A DNA stretch of 64,000 nt from the NCBI GenBank assembly GCA_022763185.1, contig JALEGL010000012.1:65546-129545 (forward strand). Direction: 5' to 3'. Source of the DNA: a bacterium. Lineage in GTDB: Bacteria; Bdellovibrionota_G; JALEGL01. The stretch's first letter is position 1. Each line of letters opens with the position of its first letter. Under the pieces are notes generated by a model that had not been told where the DNA came from, made no database searches, and worked only from the letters and a program-made list of their open reading frames with translations. Made by a program: the position numbers and the translations under genes. Of the stretch, positions 58,872 to 64,000 are shown one piece after another.

Positions 58872-60796
58872 AGCGAGAATTGAACCAGCACAAAGTATTT
58901 ATTGCCAATCGGGGGGAGGTTGTTTCAAGGCTGTGTAAAACTCTAAAAAAACTCAACATTGAATCCGTGGGCTTGGCTTGTAAAGAGGACTTATCACAAT
59001 ATACAAAGCATCTGGATGAAGTCATATGGATAGAAGCTAAAGCCATGCAAACGGTTTTTACCGATGCAAAAGCCATGATCACGCATGCTAAAAGTCAAGA
59101 TTGTACCGCGATTCATCCAGGCTGGGGATTTCTTTCTGAAAATGCAGATTTTGCTCAAGCCTGCAAAGACAATGGAATTGTTTTTATTGGCCCCAAGCCC
59201 TCATCGATCAGAGCTTTTGCTGACAAAGCCAAAGCCAAAAGCATTGCTATCGATGCAGGTTTAAGTGTTTTACATAGTGTAGATGAAGCCAACTTTGAGC
59301 ATACAGAAAGCTTTATTGATGCAATAAAAAAAACCTTATCGTTGCCTATTATTTTAAAGCCAGCCCTTGGGGGTGGGGGCAAAGGCATGACCATTGTGAG
59401 AGATATCAATGAACTTAAAGAAGCGGTGGCTTCAGCCAAAAGAGTTGCTCAAGCAGCCTTTGCTGATGCAAGCTTGTTGGCTGAACCGTATTTAGAAAAA
59501 GCGCGTCATGTTGAGGTGCAGGTTTTTTCTACAGGAGAGAAAGCCTATCATTTTAAAACCCGTGATTGCACCATGCAAAGGCGTTATCAAAAAATTATAG
59601 AAGAAAGTCATTCTACTTTTTTAGATGATGAACAAGAAGCTCAAGTCTGTCAACAAGCCGTTGATTTGGTGGAGTCCATTGGCTATGAAAGTTTGGGAAC
59701 TGTTGAGTTTATCATTGATCAAAACAAAAAAGCTTATTTTATGGAAATGAATACACGCCTGCAAGTAGAGCATGGTGTAACAGAGTTGATTTTTGCTCTT
59801 GATTTGGTGGAATTGCAAGTCAAACATGCATTGGGTGAGACCGTCACTCTTGCTGAGGACTTAAAGCCGAATGGACACGCTATTGAGGTAAGAGTTTATG
59901 CAGAAAACACTTTAAAAGATTTTGTTCCTGCCAACGGTCAGGTTAGGGCCATTGAGTTTTCGTCAAGTATTGATAGAATTGAATGTGATGTTGCAAAGGG
60001 CACGATGGTTGGCAACAACTTTGACCCAATGATCGCCAAAGTTTTGGTTTGGTCAGAAAGCCGAGATCAAGCCATTTCAAAAATGTTACAGATGCTTAAA
60101 GACAGTTATATTTTAGGTGTGCAAAATAACATGAATTTTGTGCAATGGCTGTTAACGGCCAATGATTTTGTAGACGGAAAACATGATATTCAATGGATTG
60201 ATCGCCATTATCAAGATTATGTCAAATATGAAGCGAGTTACTTTGAAACACAAGCGATTTACAACTTAATTTATAGCGTTGAACATCTCGCAGAAGATAA
60301 AAACCACAATCCGTGGTACCACAATTCACTTCCATCCAATCTTCCAGCCAGAGATCAAGCTCAAAATCTGTATAAAACTGCAATGAATGAACTGTTGCCT
60401 TATCCCCAACAGCTTGAAAAGTTGCCCTTAACAAAAACACATCAGGAGCATGTTTTTAGTTTAGCCAATGGAGACAAGCTGATTATGATAGCCGCAAATA
60501 ATGCGCTATATCTGCATATAGATGGCAAGCAGATTACTTTAAAGAAGGCTCAACGCTTACAATCTGAAGATGAAGACGCGGCTTTAAACCACTGTAAAGC
60601 TCCGCTCAACGGTCTGGTTAAGGCTGTATTTACAGAAAAAGGACAAAGCGTTAAAAAAAATGATGTCCTGTTAACCATAGAAGCCATGAAAATGGAGTAT
60701 AAAATACTTGCCCCAAGGGACGCCGTGATAAAAAAGGTAATGGTTCAAGAAAACCAACAAGTAAATGAAGAACAACATTTGCTTGAGTTGGAATAA
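58868..60796 (+). CDS. liuD: 3-methylcrotonyl-CoA carboxylase alpha subunit (biotin carboxylase and carrier)
   Basis: IANRGE, EMNTRLQVEH and EAMKM motifs. Confidence 0.87.
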   Translation: MKRELNQHKVFIANRGEVVSRLCKTLKKLNIESVGLACKEDLSQYTKHLDEVIWIEAKAMQTVFTDAKAMITHAKSQDCTAIHPGWGFLSENADFAQACKDNGIVFIGPKPSSIRAFADKAKAKSIAIDAGLSVLHSVDEANFEHTESFIDAIKKTLSLPIILKPALGGGGKGMTIVRDINELKEAVASAKRVAQAAFADASLLAEPYLEKARHVEVQVFSTGEKAYHFKTRDCTMQRRYQKIIEESHSTFLDDEQEAQVCQQAVDLVESIGYESLGTVEFIIDQNKKAYFMEMNTRLQVEHGVTELIFALDLVELQVKHALGETVTLAEDLKPNGHAIEVRVYAENTLKDFVPANGQVRAIEFSSSIDRIECDVAKGTMVGNNFDPMIAKVLVWSESRDQAISKMLQMLKDSYILGVQNNMNFVQWLLTANDFVDGKHDIQWIDRHYQDYVKYEASYFETQAIYNLIYSVEHLAEDKNHNPWYHNSLPSNLPARDQAQNLYKTAMNELLPYPQQLEKLPLTKTHQEHVFSLANGDKLIMIAANNALYLHIDGKQITLKKAQRLQSEDEDAALNHCKAPLNGLVKAVFTEKGQSVKKNDVLLTIEAMKMEYKILAPRDAVIKKVMVQENQQVNEEQHLLELE

Positions 60797-60804
60797 GCAT
60801 AGCT

Positions 60805-61656
60805 ATGGACATACAGATTAAAGAAATGGGCCCGCGTGATGGTTTACAAAACATTAAACAGGTCATTCCTACAGAAATCAAAATAAAGCTGATTGAGTTG
60901 CTCACTCAAACTGGCTTACAATACATAGAGTTGGGTGCATTTGTTTCGCCTAAAGCTGTGCCACAAATGGCCGATACACAAGCGATTCTTGCTGCAACTC
61001 AAGCATTGACCAAAAATATACAAACATCCGTACTTGTGCCTAATTTAAAAGGTTTGGACATGGCCATTGAAAGTGACATGCAAGAAGTGGCTGTTTTTAC
61101 AGCGGCTTCAGAAACATTCAATCAAAAAAACATCAATGCCAGTATAGAGCAAAGTTTTGTGCGTTTTAAGCCTGTCATTGAAAAAGCCTTGCTGCATAAA
61201 ATAAAAGTAAGAGCTTATGTGTCCACGGCTTTTGTCTGCCCCTATGAAGGCGATATCAATCCAGATAAAGTGGTGAGTATTGTTGAAAAGTTATTCAATA
61301 TGGGTTGCTATGAGGTGTCCATTGGCGATACCATTGGCAAAGCCAGTCCACGACAAATCAAGACCTTGTATCAGATGACTGAAAAAATGGGTTTAAATCC
61401 ATTTTTAGCAGGTCATTATCATGACACCTATGGCTTGGCTTTATGCAATGTTTATGAAAGTTTGCAGCAGGGAATTAGAGTCTTTGATACATCGATTGCT
61501 GGCTTGGGAGGCTGCCCTTATGCACCCGGCGCTAAAGGCAATTTAGCCACTGAAAAATTGCTTTATTTCTGTGAACGAGAAAATATAAATACAGCTCTTA
61601 ACGCTTCTAAACTAGAGCCGGTATTAAATTATGCAAAAACCAATATTCCATCCTAA
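60805..61656 (+). CDS. liuE: Hydroxymethylglutaryl-CoA lyase
   Basis: PRDGLQN, HYHDT and GGCPYAPGA motifs. Confidence 0.93.
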   Translation: MDIQIKEMGPRDGLQNIKQVIPTEIKIKLIELLTQTGLQYIELGAFVSPKAVPQMADTQAILAATQALTKNIQTSVLVPNLKGLDMAIESDMQEVAVFTAASETFNQKNINASIEQSFVRFKPVIEKALLHKIKVRAYVSTAFVCPYEGDINPDKVVSIVEKLFNMGCYEVSIGDTIGKASPRQIKTLYQMTEKMGLNPFLAGHYHDTYGLALCNVYESLQQGIRVFDTSIAGLGGCPYAPGAKGNLATEKLLYFCERENINTALNASKLEPVLNYAKTNIPS

Positions 61657-61704
61657 GCGTTGAGTAAAACTTTACTTTTTTGATGGCTTTAGTAGTTAGC
61701 CCTT

Positions 61705-63105
61705 ATGCTCAAAAATACAGACTATCGTATAGAAAAAGATTCCATGGGAGAAATGCAGGTTCCTAAAAACGCTTATTATGCGGCACAAACGCAAAGGGCA
61801 GTGTTAAATTTTCCTATCAGTTCTTATACCATCCCTAGGGTTATGATTCAGGCTTTGGGAGAAATTAAGAGAGCCGCAGCCATTGCCAATGCTGAGTTGG
61901 GGTGTATCAGTTCTGAACAATCAAAAGCCATAGTTGAAGCGGCAGAACAGGTGATTGCCGGTGAGTTTGATGATCAATTTGTGGTGGATATCTTTCAGAC
62001 TGGGTCTGGGACCTCTTCCAATATGAATACAAACGAAGTAATTTCCAATAGAGCCACAGAAATTTTGGGTGGAGAAAAAGGCAGTAAGCTGATTCATCCC
62101 AACGATCATGTCAACTATGGCCAATCTTCCAATGATGTGTTTCCTACAGCCATGCATATAGCCACCAGTTTACACTTTAACAAAGTATTGCTGCCCGCCA
62201 TGCGGCGCTTGCATACAGCTTTGGATGAAAAAGCCCATGAATTTGATGACATTGTTAAAATTGGTCGGACGCATTTACAAGACGCAACTCCCATTACAAT
62301 GGGACAGGTATTTTCAGGCTATGCTTTTCAAGTGCAAGAAGCCATAGAAAGAATAGAACGGGCTTTAATTTCAATCAGTGAACTGGCTTTGGGCGGAACA
62401 GCCGTTGGAACCGGTTTAAATACTAAAGAAGCTTTTCCAAAACACGCCATTGCCGAAATTGCCAAACATACACAGTTACAATTTTCTGAAACTCGCAATC
62501 ACTTTGCCGCGCAAGCGTGTAAAGATGCCATTGTTGAAGCCAGTGCAGTTTTAAAAGGTTTTGCTGTAAGCTTCATGAAAATTGCCAATGATATTAGACT
62601 TTTGGGCTCAGGACCTCGCTGTGGTATTGGCGAGTTGCTTTTACCCGAAACGCAACCCGGCTCATCGATTATGCCAGGCAAAGTCAACCCTGTGATTGCT
62701 GAATCGGTTTGCATGGTTTGTGCGCAAGTGATGGGTAACGATGCAGCGGTGACCATGGGTGGTCAAGCCGGTAACTTTGAGCTCAACGTCATGATGCCCA
62801 TGATGATTCACAATGTATTGCAAAGCAGTGAGCTTTTGGCCAATTCTTGTCACAACTTTGTAGAGCGTTGTATTGATGATTTGGGTGTAAATAAAGAACG
62901 CTGTGAAGCCTTGATTGAAGAAAGTTTGGCCATGTGTACCTCATTGGCACCTTTGATTGGCTATGATGAAGCGGCGGCCATTGCTAAAGAAGCCTATAAA
63001 AGTGGTAAAACTGTCCGCGAAGTTGCTTTGGCAAAAAATATTTTGGATGAGACAAAACTTAATGAAGCCTTAAATCCAAAACGTATGACCCAAAGAGATG
63101 CATAA
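61705..63105 (+). CDS. fumC: Class II fumarate hydratase
   Basis: GSSIMPGKVNP, QTGSGTSSNMN and GRTHLQDA motifs. Confidence 0.95.
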   Translation: MLKNTDYRIEKDSMGEMQVPKNAYYAAQTQRAVLNFPISSYTIPRVMIQALGEIKRAAAIANAELGCISSEQSKAIVEAAEQVIAGEFDDQFVVDIFQTGSGTSSNMNTNEVISNRATEILGGEKGSKLIHPNDHVNYGQSSNDVFPTAMHIATSLHFNKVLLPAMRRLHTALDEKAHEFDDIVKIGRTHLQDATPITMGQVFSGYAFQVQEAIERIERALISISELALGGTAVGTGLNTKEAFPKHAIAEIAKHTQLQFSETRNHFAAQACKDAIVEASAVLKGFAVSFMKIANDIRLLGSGPRCGIGELLLPETQPGSSIMPGKVNPVIAESVCMVCAQVMGNDAAVTMGGQAGNFELNVMMPMMIHNVLQSSELLANSCHNFVERCIDDLGVNKERCEALIEESLAMCTSLAPLIGYDEAAAIAKEAYKSGKTVREVALAKNILDETKLNEALNPKRMTQRDA

Positions 63106-63121
63106 AATAAAGGAGTGAAGC

Positions 63122-63607
63122 ATGCCCAGTTTTGATATTGTTAACGAGATTGATTTTTCTGAAATAGATAATGCCTTAAATCAGGCCAATAGAGAGTTAA
63201 CCCAGCGTTTTGATTTTAAAGGCAGTAATACAAGCATAGAACGTAAAGATAAAGAAATCATGGTCAACTCGGCAGATGATTATAAAGTTCAAGCTGCGGT
63301 TGATGTTTTACAGGCTAAATTAGCTAAAAGAAGCGTTTCGTTAAAGTCTTTGGAACTAGGAAGGGTTGAACCTGCCGGTGGTGGGAGAGCCAAACAAAAC
63401 ATTAAAGTGGTAGAAGGCATTGATAAAGAAAAAGCCAAAGAATTGGTTAAAAAAATCAAAGATTCTAAATTGAAAGTACAAGCGTCTATTCAAGGTGAAG
63501 CTGTGCGGGTCACAGGAAAAAAACGCGACGATCTCCAAGACGTGATTGCCTTATTAAAAGGTTTAGATTTTAGTTTGCCACTGCAATTTAATAATTTCAG
63601 AGATTGA
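63122..63607 (+). CDS. yajQ: YajQ family nucleotide/c-di-GMP-binding protein
   Basis: MPSFDIV start and QFNNFRD end. Confidence 0.95.
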   Translation: MPSFDIVNEIDFSEIDNALNQANRELTQRFDFKGSNTSIERKDKEIMVNSADDYKVQAAVDVLQAKLAKRSVSLKSLELGRVEPAGGGRAKQNIKVVEGIDKEKAKELVKKIKDSKLKVQASIQGEAVRVTGKKRDDLQDVIALLKGLDFSLPLQFNNFRD

Positions 63608-63660
63608 ATACTGCTGCTAAGCGGCTGCTTAAAATTGACTCAAAATCAAAACCAAACTTT

Positions 63661-63732
63661 GCTCACTGCTTAAATATAAGCAGAGGAGCTATAGTGATAA
63701 TCAGCACTTATATGTATGGCATATAAGTTGCT
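63661..63732 (+). promoter_or_regulatory. Sigma-54 promoter with upstream palindrome
   Basis: TGGCATATAAGTTGCT 63717-63732; palindrome CTGCTTA-AATA-TAAGCAG 63666-63683. Confidence 0.75.
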
Positions 63733-63788
63733 TTAACAAACCTTGTCCATTGTTAGATAATCTAAATTTCATTGAGCTCGAGGTTGAA

Positions 63789-64000
63789 ATGAATACAATC
63801 AAAATATTTAGTTTTAGTGTTAGTATGCTTCTAAGCGGTATACTCATCATGGCATGTGGTAGCACTAGTATAAGCACAATGTCAGCAGATTCTTATGTTG
63901 CCTATCATCACCCTGATGAAGTCTCTGCCTACTACACTATTAATGATGGTTTTTCTCCTTACACGCGTCAAGCAGCTGTCATTGTTAGGTTTAGTAAAGA
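63789..64000 (+). CDS. Lipoprotein, 3'-truncated at window edge (not in the ORF track)
   Basis: SD GAGG; MNTIKIFSFSVSMLLSGILIMACGSTS... with lipobox IMAC; open to the window end. Confidence 0.65.
   Translation, partial: MNTIKIFSFSVSMLLSGILIMACGSTSISTMSADSYVAYHHPDEVSAYYTINDGFSPYTRQAAVIVRFSK

Noticed and set aside
1933..63538. Numerous 60-145 aa ORFs antisense to or nested in long genes
   Set aside because: Shadow ORFs with no motifs, SD sequences or independent signals

Overview
AT-rich bacterial chromosome segment. Gene content and REP type suggest a Bdellovibrionota/Myxococcota-related (deltaproteobacterial) organism; this is inference. The flanks (about 1-25 kb and 51-64 kb) are mostly housekeeping: an ExbB-ExbD-TonB-TBDR operon, nadA/nadD, hemE/hemY, mtaB-rnc-der, gap, cyoE with an ABC pair, ycaQ, metH, mscL, the liu leucine catabolism genes, fumC and yajQ. 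The centre (about 25.7-50.8 kb) is a cell-envelope supercluster. It holds an Agl/Glt-like trans-envelope motor set (aglR, aglQ, aglS, gltF, gltG, gltD, gltC and gltA-like genes), a VWA/TSP3 adhesin of the MtsD/CglB type, and a subtilase and a Ca-binding repeat protein with MYXO-CTERM-like tails. It also holds three CxxCH heme-c lipoproteins, a Tat-exported DUF1501/DUF1552-like protein and two SH3 plus beta-barrel proteins. Ten sigma-54 (-24/-12) promoters were read directly from the DNA. Most have an IHF-like site, several share a 16-bp enhancer motif, and five place an ATG exactly 14 nt from the -12 GC, which predicts leaderless mRNAs. Also seen: a natural D-to-N change at the conserved TM aspartate of the AglQ-like subunit, a GC-rich structured RNA candidate upstream of nadD, a rod-like hairpin of about 155 nt, and a REP doublet. 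No tRNA, rRNA, CRISPR array or transposase was found. All calls come from motif recognition; no database searches were run.
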